Below are positions 1-11,140 of a DNA stretch of 64,000 bases, one piece after another. Below the pieces are notes generated by a model. It made no database searches, had not been told where the DNA came from, and worked only from the letters and a program-made list of their open reading frames with translations. Each line of letters begins with the position of its first letter. Positions within the stretch are counted from its first letter, which is position 1. The translations under genes and the position numbers were made by a program. The stretch lies in the NCBI GenBank assembly GCA_003559855.1, contig PWJZ01000004.1, forward strand, positions 30,695 to 94,694, given 5' to 3'. Origin of the DNA: Bacteroidales bacterium. Lineage in GTDB: Bacteria > Bacteroidota > Bacteroidia > Bacteroidales > UBA7960.

Positions 1-1072
1 TCTTTCTCAACAAAGCATCTGCAACGTCATCATTCATATGCAGAAAGTTGTCAAGCCGCTTCTTCAGAATATCGCCTATATAGTTGCGTACGGACGGGCC
101 GCCCGGCTCTATATGCTGTGAACCAAGCTTGGTCTTGGTTTGTGATTCAAAAACAGGCTCCTGTATTTTAATGCTCAGAGCCACTATCAGCGAGGTTTTT
201 ATATCGCTGGCGTCGAAATCCTTCTTGTAAAAATCCCTGATTGTCTTTACAAAAGCTTCCCTGAAAGCCGCCTGGTGAATACCCCCCTGTACTGTATGCT
301 GGCCATTAACAAAAGAAAAAAACTCCTCGCTGTATTGTGTAACGCTGTGAGTAAATGCAAACTCAAAATCATTTTCAACAATATGCACTATGGGATAAAC
401 CGTCGGGGAATCTATATTCCTGTTAAGAAGATCTTTAAGTCCGTTTTCAGAATATAATCGCTGACCGTTATAGATAATTGTCAGGCCACGGTGAAGGAAA
501 ACATAATTCCATAACAACCGCTCAACAAGTTCGTCAATAAAACGGTAATTCCCGAAGATCTCTTCATCAGGCATAAACGTCACTACGGTTCCTTTACGTT
601 GTGAATTCTCTTCAAAAAGTGTCTCTTCAACAAGGTTGCCATTTTCAAACAACGCTTCCTTTAACTTCCCTTCGCGTATTGATCTTATTTTGAATTTATA
701 TGATAATGCATTGACGGCTTTCGTACCCACACCATTCAAGCCGACTGTCTTCTTAAATACTTTGGTGTCGTATTTGGCTCCTGTATTTATTTTGGAAACG
801 CAATCGACAACTTTCCCCAGCGGAATGCCTCTGCCAAAATCGCGTACCGTAACAGCTTTACCCTTTATCTTTACTTCAATGGTTTTTCCATAGCCCATAA
901 TGAACTCATCAACCGAATTATCTATGACCTCTTTCAAAAGGACGTAAATACCATCATCGGGAGAAGCACCGTCGCCAAGCTTGCCGATGTACATACCCGG
1001 CCTTACCCGAATGTGCTCACGCCAGTCAAGTGTTCTGATGCTATCTTCGCTATATGTCAACGGCTCAATCAT
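1..1072 (-). CDS. parE: DNA topoisomerase IV subunit B (type IIA topoisomerase ATPase subunit), N-terminal part; the 3' end runs off the window
   Basis: Minus-strand frame is open from the ATG at 1072-1070 to position 1. It is absent from the supplied ORF track because it is truncated. My translation is MIEPLTYSEDSIRTLDWREHIRVRPGMYIGKLGDGASPDDGIYVLLKEVIDNSVDEF...GLNGVGTKAVNALS, a GHKL ATPase N-terminus of the GyrB/ParE family. The YSEDSIR..LDW..HIR.RPGMYIGKLGDG start is the Bacteroidota ParE style as I recall it. The plus-strand ORFs listed at 275-1195 are antisense artefacts. Confidence 0.75.
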   Translation of the reverse strand, partial: MIEPLTYSEDSIRTLDWREHIRVRPGMYIGKLGDGASPDDGIYVLLKEVIDNSVDEFIMGYGKTIEVKIKGKAVTVRDFGRGIPLGKVVDCVSKINTGAKYDTKVFKKTVGLNGVGTKAVNALSYKFKIRSIREGKLKEALFENGNLVEETLFEENSQRKGTVVTFMPDEEIFGNYRFIDELVERLLWNYVFLHRGLTIIYNGQRLYSENGLKDLLNRNIDSPTVYPIVHIVENDFEFAFTHSVTQYSEEFFSFVNGQHTVQGGIHQAAFREAFVKTIRDFYKKDFDASDIKTSLIVALSIKIQEPVFESQTKTKLGSQHIEPGGPSVRNYIGDILKKRLDNFLHMNDDVADALLRK

Positions 1073-1515
1073 TTTAAAACTATACAGACATTTGTGCGGT
1101 GCGAATATATAACAAAGCTGATAAAAACCAACTCTTCAGCTTTTCACTTTATTAACAGCGTATATCGGGTAAACAAACTCTTAATACACACCTAAGCAGT
1201 AAGTTAACTTAAGCAATGTCCCGAAATACCTTAACTGTTGATAATTTTATGTTACTTACGATTGCTGTCAGCCGCTTATTGTTTAATAGTGCCATATTTT
1301 TGCAATCGGCTTATCATTTCGGAAAAAATCAAGCCCGCGTTTTATCGCATTTTATTATGTTCAAAAAAATATAAAAAAAGTGCAAGTTTATTAAACTTTA
1401 TCCGTTATTATTTGTCTTATCAATGCGAACTTTAATTAAACAGACTGCGATCAACATACCTGATACATAAAAAATTAAAGAGATAAACGGAAAAATCGGA
1501 AAAACATTTAAACGT

Positions 1516-4083
1516 ATGAAATGGATTAAGAAGCTGCGGGTAAAGCATGTCTTTATCATTATTTATATAGCATTTTGTTTTGTCATGCCTGAATTGAGTG
1601 CAGAACAGCCTCCTGCGCGAGGTGGAGCGGAAGGAGGGTCAGCTCCCGGTATTGGTACTGTTATGGGAGAATTGATAGATGAGCAGACTGAACAGCCATT
1701 GATGTATGCCAGTGTGGTTTTATACCGTGAGAAAGACTCGGTCATGGTATCAGGTGCCATATCTGATGAAGATGGCAGGTTTATTGTAGATAATGTACCT
1801 CCGGGTCAATATTATATACAGGTACGGTTTGTAGGGTATCCGGCATATAAATATAACGGTATAAGAATAACACCGGGAGAACCTGTTTATGATACAGGTC
1901 TCATAAAGATAAGCCCCACTGCAGAGTATTTATCGGAAGTTGTGGTTGAGAGCACCCGCGAAATGATGGAGATAGGCCTTGACAGAAGAGTCATAAACGT
2001 AGGGCAAGAACTGACGGCAGCCGGGGGAACAGCACTTGATCTTATGCAAAACATACCTTCGGTAAGTGTAGATTTCGACGGGAATGTCAGTCTGAGGGGC
2101 AGCCAGAACGTTACCATACTGGTTGACGGCAGGCCGTCCGCCTTGACAGGGCTCGACGACGATGCCGTACTTGAACAAATACCCTCCGAAATGATCGACC
2201 GTATCGAAGTTATCACTAATCCTTCGGTAAGATACGACCCGGACGGAACCGCAGGGATTATCAATATAGTTACCAAAAAAGAAGAAAGGCCCGGGTATAA
2301 CGGGATGATTAATCTCAGCGCAGGTACAAACAACAGGTACAGCGGCTCTTTAAACTTTAATTACCGGCCGGTTGATAATATTAATTTATTTGGTAACGCC
2401 AGCGGCAGGTTCTTTAATATGGAAGGATGGGGCAAATCCGAACGTACAAGCTGGTTTACAAACCCCGAGAATCCCAATGAAGAACCGATCACATCTTACC
2501 ATTACCAGGATATGGACTTTGAAAGAAGTATGAATACTTATAATATCCGGCTTGGAATTGATTATACCTTTAGGGATAAGAACACTATCACCTTCAGTAC
2601 AAGATACAGTAACTGGGAAAGAAATGCCGATGATTACCAGGACTATACCTTTTTTAATTCCCGCTTGCCAAGATATTCGAACGAATATATTAATTATATC
2701 GAAGACATTACTTCGGGAAATATTATGATGCGCGATGGTTTTGATCATTCTTTAAGATATCAAAGGGATTTTGATGAAAAATACCGTGATCTTACCTTTG
2801 ACATAAGATATTCTGATTCTGATTTCGACAGGCAGGAGGTACTTGAAAGGATGTTTTATGATCACGATTACAATGTTTTGAATGACCTTCAGGAATTGCT
2901 GGAAGAAACATATAATGAAGGTGATTATTACAATTTCAGGGTTGAAGGAGATTACATTCACCCTTTAACCGAAAAGAGCAAGTTCGAAGCCGGTTTTCAA
3001 ACCATATTCAGAGGTAGCGACAACAAATTAGATTTTTATGAATTTGACCATGATTATGGCGGGTTTTTAATTGACTCCGGTCGTACTGATCATTTCATTA
3101 TGGATGAGCAAAGGTACTCGGCTTACGGTATTTATTCGACTGCCCTGGGCAACTATAACATCCAAACAGGTTTAAGGCTTGAACATGCTGTTTTGGAAGG
3201 AGATCAAGTTGTTATTGAAGATGGTGATTTCAGAAACACTTATTTCAGTTTTTTCCCCAGTGCTCATATACGGCGAAGCTTTGAAAACAATCAGAACGCA
3301 CAGATCAGTTACAGCAAAAGAATCAGCCGCCCAAGACGCTGGGCTCTGAATCCTTTTACAAGATATTCGGATCCATATAACCTTCGCACCGGTAATCCTG
3401 AAATATTACCCGAATACATTCATTCTCTTGAACTGAGCTATACCAAATACTGGGAAAACACAACTCTCAATCCTTCAATATTCTACAGATACACTGACCA
3501 GATGATATCGCGTTACAGGACAATGGATGAGCAGGGCATTACGACCACCACCTGGGAAAATATAGGTCACGCCGTAAACTACGGAGCAGAAATGATTGCA
3601 TCTCAAACTATTACTGACTGGTGGCGATTAAATGGCAACTTCAGCTACTTCCACAGAATCGTTGATGGAGGAACTGTTCATGATGAATTTACAACAGACA
3701 GTTATTCCTGGACAGCACGCTTAACCAATAATTTAAGGTTTGGGAACAGATTCTCCGTTCAGGTTTCCGGTTATTATCGTTCGCCTGTAGTAATGCTTCA
3801 AGGAAAATTGCAGGAAATGTATTCGGCTGATATGGGAATGCGCTATAACGTTTTTGATAACAAGGGAAGTATTACGCTCCGCATAAGCGATATCTTTAAC
3901 ACCCAAAAATTCAACATGTATATGATGGGTGATAATTTTGAGATGAACAGAGAGCGCAAAAGAAGAAGCAGAATGATTTTCATAGGATTCACATACAGAA
4001 TCCACGATTTTACAAGAGACCGGGATCGTGAAAGACCCGACCGGGATGAATTGGAACCTATTGATGATTTTGACGAATTTTAA
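1516..4083 (+). CDS. TonB-dependent receptor / outer-membrane beta-barrel protein with N-terminal CarboxypepD_reg-like domain
   Basis: 855-aa ORF with an N-terminal hydrophobic signal-like segment. It has a carboxypeptidase-regulatory-like beta-sandwich (DGRFIVDNVPPGQYYIQVRFVGY) and a plug-like segment (NVSLRGSQNVTILVDGRP...IDRIEVITNPS). A long Tyr/Asn/Phe-rich barrel ends in FIGFTYRI, followed by a charged tail. Confidence 0.8.
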   Translation: MKWIKKLRVKHVFIIIYIAFCFVMPELSAEQPPARGGAEGGSAPGIGTVMGELIDEQTEQPLMYASVVLYREKDSVMVSGAISDEDGRFIVDNVPPGQYYIQVRFVGYPAYKYNGIRITPGEPVYDTGLIKISPTAEYLSEVVVESTREMMEIGLDRRVINVGQELTAAGGTALDLMQNIPSVSVDFDGNVSLRGSQNVTILVDGRPSALTGLDDDAVLEQIPSEMIDRIEVITNPSVRYDPDGTAGIINIVTKKEERPGYNGMINLSAGTNNRYSGSLNFNYRPVDNINLFGNASGRFFNMEGWGKSERTSWFTNPENPNEEPITSYHYQDMDFERSMNTYNIRLGIDYTFRDKNTITFSTRYSNWERNADDYQDYTFFNSRLPRYSNEYINYIEDITSGNIMMRDGFDHSLRYQRDFDEKYRDLTFDIRYSDSDFDRQEVLERMFYDHDYNVLNDLQELLEETYNEGDYYNFRVEGDYIHPLTEKSKFEAGFQTIFRGSDNKLDFYEFDHDYGGFLIDSGRTDHFIMDEQRYSAYGIYSTALGNYNIQTGLRLEHAVLEGDQVVIEDGDFRNTYFSFFPSAHIRRSFENNQNAQISYSKRISRPRRWALNPFTRYSDPYNLRTGNPEILPEYIHSLELSYTKYWENTTLNPSIFYRYTDQMISRYRTMDEQGITTTTWENIGHAVNYGAEMIASQTITDWWRLNGNFSYFHRIVDGGTVHDEFTTDSYSWTARLTNNLRFGNRFSVQVSGYYRSPVVMLQGKLQEMYSADMGMRYNVFDNKGSITLRISDIFNTQKFNMYMMGDNFEMNRERKRRSRMIFIGFTYRIHDFTRDRDRERPDRDELEPIDDFDEF

Positions 4084-4482
4084 ATCATAAAATTTCCCGC
4101 TTCATGTAATATTAATAGCTGAAATTGAAAATAAATATTTGTCCGGAGATTCATTAGCCATTATTAATGGTTATATATATAATTCATAACTCATCACCCG
4201 TTAGCAAATATCCTTAAACTGTTTATTGCCAGAAAAAGAGAGTTTGCCAATGTTTATTCTATTTTAAAACTTATATTACAAGTTATTCTTTTCAGGCTTA
4301 AAACTGATATCTGATGTTACTGCCCTTGAAAAAGTCAGCATATTACAATAATTAGCTTGTATTAACCAGTAAAAATTAATGTAATTCGTGTACTTAAAAT
4401 ATAAAAATGACTGAAACATATTTAATTTTAAATAAATTTGCCTGTCTGTTCGTTAAAGAGAATAAATTAGAGAATTGTAATT

Positions 4483-5808
4483 ATGAACATAACAATTGTT
4501 GGAACCGGTTATGTAGGATTGGTGACGGGTGCTTGTTTTGCTGATATGGGTGCAGAGGTTACCTGTATTGATATAGACAGTTCAAAAATAGAAAACCTCA
4601 AAAAAAACATACTACCTATTTACGAACCGGGTCTTGATGTAATTGTAGGGCGTAATTGCAAAAGGAATAAGCTTAAATTTTCCACCGACCTCAAAAATTC
4701 GATACGGGAATGTGATGTTATTTTCATTGCCGTTGGCACTCCTCCCGATGAAGACGGAAGCGCTGACCTTGATCATGTGATAAGAGTGGCAGAAGAAATT
4801 GGCAAACACATTACAGGTTATATGGTTGTTGTAACCAAAAGCACGGTTCCTGTGGGCACGGCTGAAAAAGTACGTCAAGCAATAGACAGCCAGTTAAAAT
4901 CCCGCAAGCTTGATATCAAATTCGACATAGCCTCAAATCCGGAGTTCCTGAAAGAAGGTGCTGCTATTGATGATTTTATGAAGCCCGACAGGATAGTAAT
5001 CGGTATAGAATCCGAAAAAGGCCGTAAGATCATGGAAAAGTTGTACAAGCCATTCACCCTTAACGGGCATCCGATAATTTTCATGGACATTGCATCTGCC
5101 GAAATGACCAAATATGCAGCCAATGCAATGCTTGCAACAAGGATAAGCTTCATGAATGAAATTGCTAACCTGTGCGAAATTCTCGGAGCAGATATTAACA
5201 TGGTAAGAAAAGGTATTGGCAGCGATTCACGTATAGGTAATCAGTTTATTTATGCAGGTATAGGATATGGAGGCTCCTGTTTTCCAAAAGATGTTCGCGC
5301 TCTTATAAAAACCGCACGGCAGCATAATTATAAGATGCGCGTGGTACAAGCTGTTGAATATGTAAATGATCACCAGAAAACAGTGCTTGTCGATAAAATG
5401 AAAAAGCATTTTAAAAATAATCTTGACAGGCTTAATGTTGCAATCTGGGGGCTGGCATTTAAACCTCAAACCGACGATATGCGTGAAGCACCTTCACTGG
5501 CAATCATAGAAAAACTCCTCAAAGAAGGATGCAACATCACAGCTTTTGACCCGGAAGCTATGAAACAAGCACAAAAAATTACAGGAAATAAAATAACATA
5601 TGCAAAAAATAAAGAAGAAGCTGTTGCAAATGCCGACTGTCTGCTATTGATAACAGAATGGAATGTATTCCGTATACCCGATTTTAAAAAAATGTACGAA
5701 TTAATGAAGCAACCCGTGATTTTTGACGGGAGAAACATTTATAATGCCGATGAGCTTAAAACCATCGGATTTTTATATTACTGCGTGGGAAAAAGAACAC
5801 AAACATAA
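4483..5808 (+). CDS. ugd: UDP-glucose 6-dehydrogenase
   Basis: 441 aa. It has an N-terminal Rossmann motif (IVGTGYVGLVTG) and the catalytic-Cys motif GGSCFPKD. The C-terminal UDP-binding domain (WGLAFKPQTDDMREAP) is typical of the UDPGDH family. Confidence 0.9.
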   Translation: MNITIVGTGYVGLVTGACFADMGAEVTCIDIDSSKIENLKKNILPIYEPGLDVIVGRNCKRNKLKFSTDLKNSIRECDVIFIAVGTPPDEDGSADLDHVIRVAEEIGKHITGYMVVVTKSTVPVGTAEKVRQAIDSQLKSRKLDIKFDIASNPEFLKEGAAIDDFMKPDRIVIGIESEKGRKIMEKLYKPFTLNGHPIIFMDIASAEMTKYAANAMLATRISFMNEIANLCEILGADINMVRKGIGSDSRIGNQFIYAGIGYGGSCFPKDVRALIKTARQHNYKMRVVQAVEYVNDHQKTVLVDKMKKHFKNNLDRLNVAIWGLAFKPQTDDMREAPSLAIIEKLLKEGCNITAFDPEAMKQAQKITGNKITYAKNKEEAVANADCLLLITEWNVFRIPDFKKMYELMKQPVIFDGRNIYNADELKTIGFLYYCVGKRTQT

Positions 5809-6043
5809 ACAGGAAAAACCGTAAAAAAAATCCGGAATGTGGAACATTAATCACTGAATATGAAATACTGAACGCTCTGCCCGTCACAAACAATAGTAAA
5901 AAAATGCATGACGCCCTATATCAGGCAATAATATAAAAACAGTTGAAAAATGTATAAGGGTACATCGGGTTTAATTTATTGACGTTTATTTACACAAACA
6001 AATATTTTATTAAAAATCAGGTGTTTAATTATATTTTATTCAG

Positions 6044-6982
6044 ATGAAAAAAAGAAAAATACTGGTTACCGGTGGGGCAGGATTTCTGGGCTCACATCTT
6101 TGTGAAAAGCTTTTGAGTATGGATAACGAAGTATACTGTCTTGACAACTTCTTTACAGGTCAAAAAAATAATATTATTCATCTGCTGAACAACCCATGGT
6201 TTGAACTTATAAGACATGATATTACCATGCCGTTTTTTATAGAAGCAGATGAAATATATAATCTGGCTTGTCCTGCCTCTCCAATTCATTATCAATACAA
6301 TGCAATAAAAACAATCAAAACGTCAATTATGGGCTCCATAAAAATGCTTGGACTGGCAAAACGGATAAAAGCCAAAATTTTACAGGCATCTACCAGCGAA
6401 GTTTATGGTGATCCTGCCGAACATCCTCAAACTGAAGAATACTGGGGCAATGTGAATCCTATTGGTGAGCGTGCTTGTTATGATGAAGGTAAAAGATGTG
6501 CCGAAGCACTTTTTGTAAATTATCACAAGCAAAACCAGGTACGTATCAAAATAATGAGAATATTCAATACCTATGGACCCCGAATGCACCCAAACGATGG
6601 CAGGGTGATCAGCAATTTTATTGTTCAGGCATTGAACAATGAAAATATTACAGTTTTCGGAACCGGTAAACAATCACGCAGTTTTTGTTATGTTGATGAT
6701 ATGGTTGATGGTATAATACAATTCATGAACACCCCCGAAAATATCACAAGCCCTGTTAACATTGGCAACCCCGTCGAACATTCGATACTTGAAATTGCCG
6801 AAAAAATCTTGAAATTAACAGGATCACGTTCTAAAATTGTTTTTAAACCCCTTCCTAACGACGATCCGCTAAGACGTAAACCCGATATTTCAAAACTGGA
6901 AAATATTACACAATGGAAACCAACCGTTGATATTGATGACGGACTTAAAGAAACCATAAATTATTTCAGAAAGACCCTTTAA
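6044..6982 (+). CDS. uxs: UDP-glucuronate decarboxylase (UDP-xylose synthase), extended SDR family
   Basis: 312 aa with [12 protein letters not shown] and the YDEGKR (YxxxK) catalytic motif. The region [24 protein letters not shown] is characteristic of the UXS/ArnA-decarboxylase clade. It lies directly downstream of ugd, which is the pathway order. Confidence 0.85.
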   Translation: MKKRKILVTGGAGFLGSHLCEKLLSMDNEVYCLDNFFTGQKNNIIHLLNNPWFELIRHDITMPFFIEADEIYNLACPASPIHYQYNAIKTIKTSIMGSIKMLGLAKRIKAKILQASTSEVYGDPAEHPQTEEYWGNVNPIGERACYDEGKRCAEALFVNYHKQNQVRIKIMRIFNTYGPRMHPNDGRVISNFIVQALNNENITVFGTGKQSRSFCYVDDMVDGIIQFMNTPENITSPVNIGNPVEHSILEIAEKILKLTGSRSKIVFKPLPNDDPLRRKPDISKLENITQWKPTVDIDDGLKETINYFRKTL

Positions 6983-7066
6983 TATGCTTGCCGGGATTTG
7001 GAATTGATTTCCATCGGCCTGCGGCTATATCTTATAAAACGAAAAAAACAAACAGATACATAGATT

Positions 7067-7927
7067 ATGCGCTTATTAATTACAGGAAGCAAAGGTCAGT
7101 TGGGAAGCCAGCTCAAGGACATATCAAAGTCATACAAGAAAATGGATTTCATTTTTGCCACGCGCTCTGAAATTGATATTACCAATACAGTATCTGTTGA
7201 AAAAGCCGTAAAATCGTATAATATTGATTGTATAATAAATTGCGCCTCATATACCGGTGTTGATGCTGCCGAAAACAACATATCGAGTGCAATGAAAGTA
7301 AACTCCTTGGGTGCAAGAAATCTGGCTTTGACAGCGGCGAAAACAAATGCATTCCTTGTACATTTTTCTACCGATTACGTTTTTGACGGCAATAATTATA
7401 AACCCTACACCGAAAACGATATTCCCAATCCGCAAACAGTGTACGGAAAAAGTAAGCTTGAAGGTGAAAATGAAATTATAGCAAATGCCAATAAAGGCTT
7501 GATAATCAGAACATCATGGTTATATTCGATATTTGGTGAGAATTTTGTAAAGACTATCCGCGAGAAAGGAAAAGAAAAAAAACATCTCAGGGTCGTTTAT
7601 GACCAGATAGGATCGCCCACCAATGCATACGACCTTGCCTGCACTGTTCTGAAAATTTTGCCTCAAATTACAGACCAATCAGAAGGCATAAAGATATATA
7701 ATTACTCCAACGAAGGAGTAGCAAGCTGGTATGATATAGCCGTAGCCATTACCGAATTAAAACGGCTCCCATGCACCGTTGAACCGGTATTAAGTGAAGA
7801 TTTTGAAACCAAAGCCAGCCGTCCTCATTTCACTTTATTGAACAAAAATAAGATCAAAGAAGATTTTAAGCTAACAATACCACACTGGCGACGAAGCCTT
7901 GAATCATGCCTGAAACGTATGAAATAA
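7067..7927 (+). CDS. rfbD: dTDP-4-dehydrorhamnose reductase
   Basis: 286 aa with LITGSKGQLG, STDYVFDG and YGKSKLEGE (YxxxK). The RmlD substrate-binding-domain pattern is present throughout. Confidence 0.85.
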   Translation: MRLLITGSKGQLGSQLKDISKSYKKMDFIFATRSEIDITNTVSVEKAVKSYNIDCIINCASYTGVDAAENNISSAMKVNSLGARNLALTAAKTNAFLVHFSTDYVFDGNNYKPYTENDIPNPQTVYGKSKLEGENEIIANANKGLIIRTSWLYSIFGENFVKTIREKGKEKKHLRVVYDQIGSPTNAYDLACTVLKILPQITDQSEGIKIYNYSNEGVASWYDIAVAITELKRLPCTVEPVLSEDFETKASRPHFTLLNKNKIKEDFKLTIPHWRRSLESCLKRMK

Positions 7928-8135
7928 AAATATTGATTTATGACCAATGCTGCCGGTAATAATCTGGTATGGGAGAATCTGCAAGCTAATGTTACATTCT
8001 GTAACTTAATAAACCGAATTTTAATGACCAACCTGTTAAGTGAAAAAATAAACGGCAGGAATATTAAAAATTGTTCCCAAACAATTAAATTTACCCGGAA
8101 TTTTTACGTTAAAAAACAAAAAACAATAACGTGTT

Positions 8136-9152
8136 ATGAAAAGGAAAAGAATTATTATAGCGGGTTTGATTGTTTTAATAGTGGCCATATCTGCAATTAT
8201 CGTCTTAATGGATTCATCGGGGCGTAGACCTTTTGAAGTTGATGTCTCTGATATAAAAATAGATCGCGTAAATATAAACCGTTTTGAGAATGTACTGTTC
8301 AGTTTGAATCCTTTTGATCTGCGTGAAGAAATTAAACCTTACGTTGACGATTATTATTTTTTCCTGGGTGATGAAATTGACAACCCTGTAGCTCAGCAAC
8401 AATTGTTTGATTATATTACCGATCCTGTTATTATTGATCTGTATCATGAGACAATGGTTGTTTTCCCCGATATGAATGATCTTGAAAAGGAGCTAACCGA
8501 TGCATTTACTTATTACCATTATTACTTTCCCGGGTCAGAAATTCCGGTAGTCTATTCCTATGTTTCCGGTATGGATCTGGCGCAGCCTGTAAAATTTGGC
8601 GACAGCGCCGTGGCTGTTGCGCTTGACATGTATCTTGGCAGTGATTTCAAAAAATACCAGCATGTTGGTGTACCGGCTTACCAGCTTATTCGCCGGTCGC
8701 CCGAATTTATTGTAAGGGATGTAATGTATGCCATAGGTGAGGCAAAGATCCGTGAAAACTTTAAACCTGAAACTCTTATCGATTTCATGGTTTATGAAGG
8801 TATGAAGCTTTTTTTTCTTGACTGTATGATGCCTCATGCACACGATACGCTAAAGATCAGCTACACTTCAATGCAGGAATACTGGATGGATAGGAACCAG
8901 GGGCATGTCTGGAGCTATTTTATTGATAACCAGCTTCTGTTTTCTACCAACAGACATAAAATTAACAGTTTTATTACAGATGCTCCCTTTACCGCTCCAT
9001 TTTCCAGAAATTCAGCTCCGCGTGCTGCTGTCTGGATAGGATGGCAAATTGTCAGAGAGTACATGAGAAGAAACCAGGATGTAAGTTTAAATGAACTGAT
9101 CCGGATGACAAACGCTGAAAAAATCCTTGACCATTCAAGATATAAACCATAA
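8136..9152 (+). CDS. gldB: Gliding-motility lipoprotein GldB-like protein
   Basis: 338 aa with an N-terminal hydrophobic anchor. The C-terminal region (APFSRNSAPRAAVWIGWQIVREYMRRNQDVSLNELIRMTNAEKILDHSRYKP) closely follows the pattern I recall for Flavobacterium GldB (..PG..G.W.GWQIVR.YM..N.VSL..LL......I...SKYKP). Confidence 0.65.
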   Translation: MKRKRIIIAGLIVLIVAISAIIVLMDSSGRRPFEVDVSDIKIDRVNINRFENVLFSLNPFDLREEIKPYVDDYYFFLGDEIDNPVAQQQLFDYITDPVIIDLYHETMVVFPDMNDLEKELTDAFTYYHYYFPGSEIPVVYSYVSGMDLAQPVKFGDSAVAVALDMYLGSDFKKYQHVGVPAYQLIRRSPEFIVRDVMYAIGEAKIRENFKPETLIDFMVYEGMKLFFLDCMMPHAHDTLKISYTSMQEYWMDRNQGHVWSYFIDNQLLFSTNRHKINSFITDAPFTAPFSRNSAPRAAVWIGWQIVREYMRRNQDVSLNELIRMTNAEKILDHSRYKP

Positions 9153-9171
9153 CGGGCAGATATGCCGGCAA

Positions 9172-10584
9172 TCACTCGTTGTTCAGCTTACGGCTGATAA
9201 TATCCTCAACCTGATCAACGCCAACATGCTTGGCAAGGATTTTTTTATTTTCATCAATCAGAAAAATCAGCGGTATTGAATAAATATCATACTTGTCTCT
9301 GAAGCCCGAACGATTCATCACATCATTGACATTTATCCAATCTTCAATATTGTTGTCATAAATATATTTAAGCCACCTTTCCCGGTCAGGTTCAGTATTA
9401 ACGGCAAAAATTTCAACGCCATGATCTTTGTACCTTTGGTATAGATCATTGAGTTTGGGGGTTACTTTTTTACAATGAGGGCACTCCGAATCCCAGAAAT
9501 ATATCACCGTAAACATTGCCTCCACATCATGCAACGAAATGGTTGCCTTATCCGGCAGATACATTTTTATATCGGGAGCGGTTTTACCCAGCAGCAATGG
9601 TTTCAGCCGGTCCGAACGCCTGATGATCCTTTCAAGCTGCTCATCTTCAAGCCAGAAAACCTTACCGGTCTTATAATATTCTTCAACCATATGAACAAAT
9701 ACCGCATCAAAGCCCATGATTTGCGAACGCTCAAATTTGTTGGTAATAAACCATACCGTATACTTGAACATTTCATCATTCGCAAGCGTCTTGTCAACCA
9801 GGTAATCTGCCATGCTGATGATACTGTCGGGATGATTTATAACAACATTTGTGAAAAAATTATCAAGTTTTGAATAATAGGCCGGAGTACGTATAATCCT
9901 TTCATCATTAAAATCAATGTGCTTCCAGTAATTTTCAATATGCCTTCTGTATGTGGTAATGTAATCAATTGTTGAATTTTCCTTCATATCGGATTCAGGA
10001 GGCGGCACTTCTCTTTGTGATCTGAGGATCAGGCTAAATACACAGTCAGGAAATTGTTCTATATATTTTTCACGCTTTTCCCTCACCTGGCTGTCGATCA
10101 ACCTTGATTTCTCACGTAAAGCTTCCCTGCGTTCTTCATCAATTGAAGGATCGTTCAGCTCCTTACGTATGGGCGCAACCTCTTCACTCTTTTTTCTCAA
10201 ATAACGCATGTATTCAAAAAAAGAAGAGTTTTCAGGTGAACCCTTAAATGTAGTGGTTTCAATAAACCGATCCATTACGGTTTCAATCTTGAAATATTGA
10301 TTTTTATCAATTATCACTTCAAAATATTTCTGACCAGGTACTACTACCAGGTATAAACCACCCGGCAATCTTTCATCTCCCTTAAAAACAAACCGGCCTT
10401 CACTGTCAACCTCAACGGTATCAAGCAAGTATTGCCTGTCACCATAATGATAAGCAAGAAAGCATACCGTATCACTGATCCCTTCAACCCGTACCTCAAT
10501 ATGATAACCATCCGTAGCACATGCAGTAGTTGAATTTATCAGAAAAAAGACCGGTATCAGAATTTTAAATAATTTTTTAACCAT
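9172..10584 (-). CDS. Thioredoxin-fold thiol:disulfide oxidoreductase (TlpA/redoxin-like) with N-terminal DUF4369/DUF5106-like domain
   Basis: 470 aa with a signal peptide. It has a C-terminal thioredoxin fold carrying the CxxC active site (FWDSECPHCKK). The N-terminal beta-rich domain is typical of Bacteroidota TlpA-like lipoproteins. Confidence 0.7.
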   Translation of the reverse strand: MVKKLFKILIPVFFLINSTTACATDGYHIEVRVEGISDTVCFLAYHYGDRQYLLDTVEVDSEGRFVFKGDERLPGGLYLVVVPGQKYFEVIIDKNQYFKIETVMDRFIETTTFKGSPENSSFFEYMRYLRKKSEEVAPIRKELNDPSIDEERREALREKSRLIDSQVREKREKYIEQFPDCVFSLILRSQREVPPPESDMKENSTIDYITTYRRHIENYWKHIDFNDERIIRTPAYYSKLDNFFTNVVINHPDSIISMADYLVDKTLANDEMFKYTVWFITNKFERSQIMGFDAVFVHMVEEYYKTGKVFWLEDEQLERIIRRSDRLKPLLLGKTAPDIKMYLPDKATISLHDVEAMFTVIYFWDSECPHCKKVTPKLNDLYQRYKDHGVEIFAVNTEPDRERWLKYIYDNNIEDWINVNDVMNRSGFRDKYDIYSIPLIFLIDENKKILAKHVGVDQVEDIISRKLNNE

Positions 10585-10609
10585 CTTTTATTTGATCTTT
10601 TATTAGTTA

Positions 10610-11140
10610 TCATTCAAAAAAATCTTGATCTTCTCCGGTTTCAAATTTAATGCCATGAACCGCTTTAAGCGCATTTATCAACTTGATGCCCCAACGGGTT
10701 TCAAACAATGAACCAATAAGCGCAATGGCATTTTCCTCTGCAAAGCTATTATCTTTTCTGTAAAGCCATACAAAATCTTTCATGTCCTGGTATATATCGG
10801 TCATGCATTCGGCAAGGCTCGCCTGTGTTGCTTCATAATTTGCATCCAGTATATGAAAAATGTCCTTGTCATCAAACCTTTCCTTTAATACTAGAAACAA
10901 AGCCTCATATTGTTCTTCCGTAAGGAAACGTTCTCTGTACGACGGGTCACTAACCGTAATATCCGGAACAAGGCTGCCTTTAAGATAGAGCAGTGGCGCA
11001 ATCTTATGGAAGTACTCAAGTATGTCATCACAAGAATATTCCTCAGCCTTGTCAAAAAACAAACAATACTCATTGGCTACGGTAAACATATCAATTACCT
11101 GCTTCGAAAAAAGCGGATCGTTTTTCATGGCTTCCATCAT
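10610..11140 (-). CDS. DUF5063-like hypothetical protein
   Basis: 176-aa ORF. Motifs LLYLKGSLVP and DIYQDMKDF match my memory of the Bacteroidota DUF5063 family. No function is known. Confidence 0.5.
   Translation of the reverse strand: MMEAMKNDPLFSKQVIDMFTVANEYCLFFDKAEEYSCDDILEYFHKIAPLLYLKGSLVPDITVSDPSYRERFLTEEQYEALFLVLKERFDDKDIFHILDANYEATQASLAECMTDIYQDMKDFVWLYRKDNSFAEENAIALIGSLFETRWGIKLINALKAVHGIKFETGEDQDFFE

Noticed and set aside
275-1435. Plus-strand ORFs of 60-85 aa (275-457, 636-893, 1013-1195, 1238-1435)
   Set aside because: The first three lie antisense to the clearly homologous parE frame and have low-complexity, non-homologous translations. The fourth is in the AT-rich promoter region upstream of the receptor gene. 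They are treated as chance ORFs.
5990-6046. Similarity of the uxs start-proximal sequence (TTTAATTATATTTTATTCAGATGAAA) to block 2 of the leader element
   Set aside because: The identity is only partial and confined to the generic AT-rich ATTTTATTCRGATGAA initiation context seen at several genes here (also 36224 and 38321). No block 1 or hairpin is present upstream.
7940-8227. 95-aa ORF between rfbD and gldB
   Set aside because: It overlaps the gldB start and has no signal or domain features. The region is better explained as the gldB promoter and leader.
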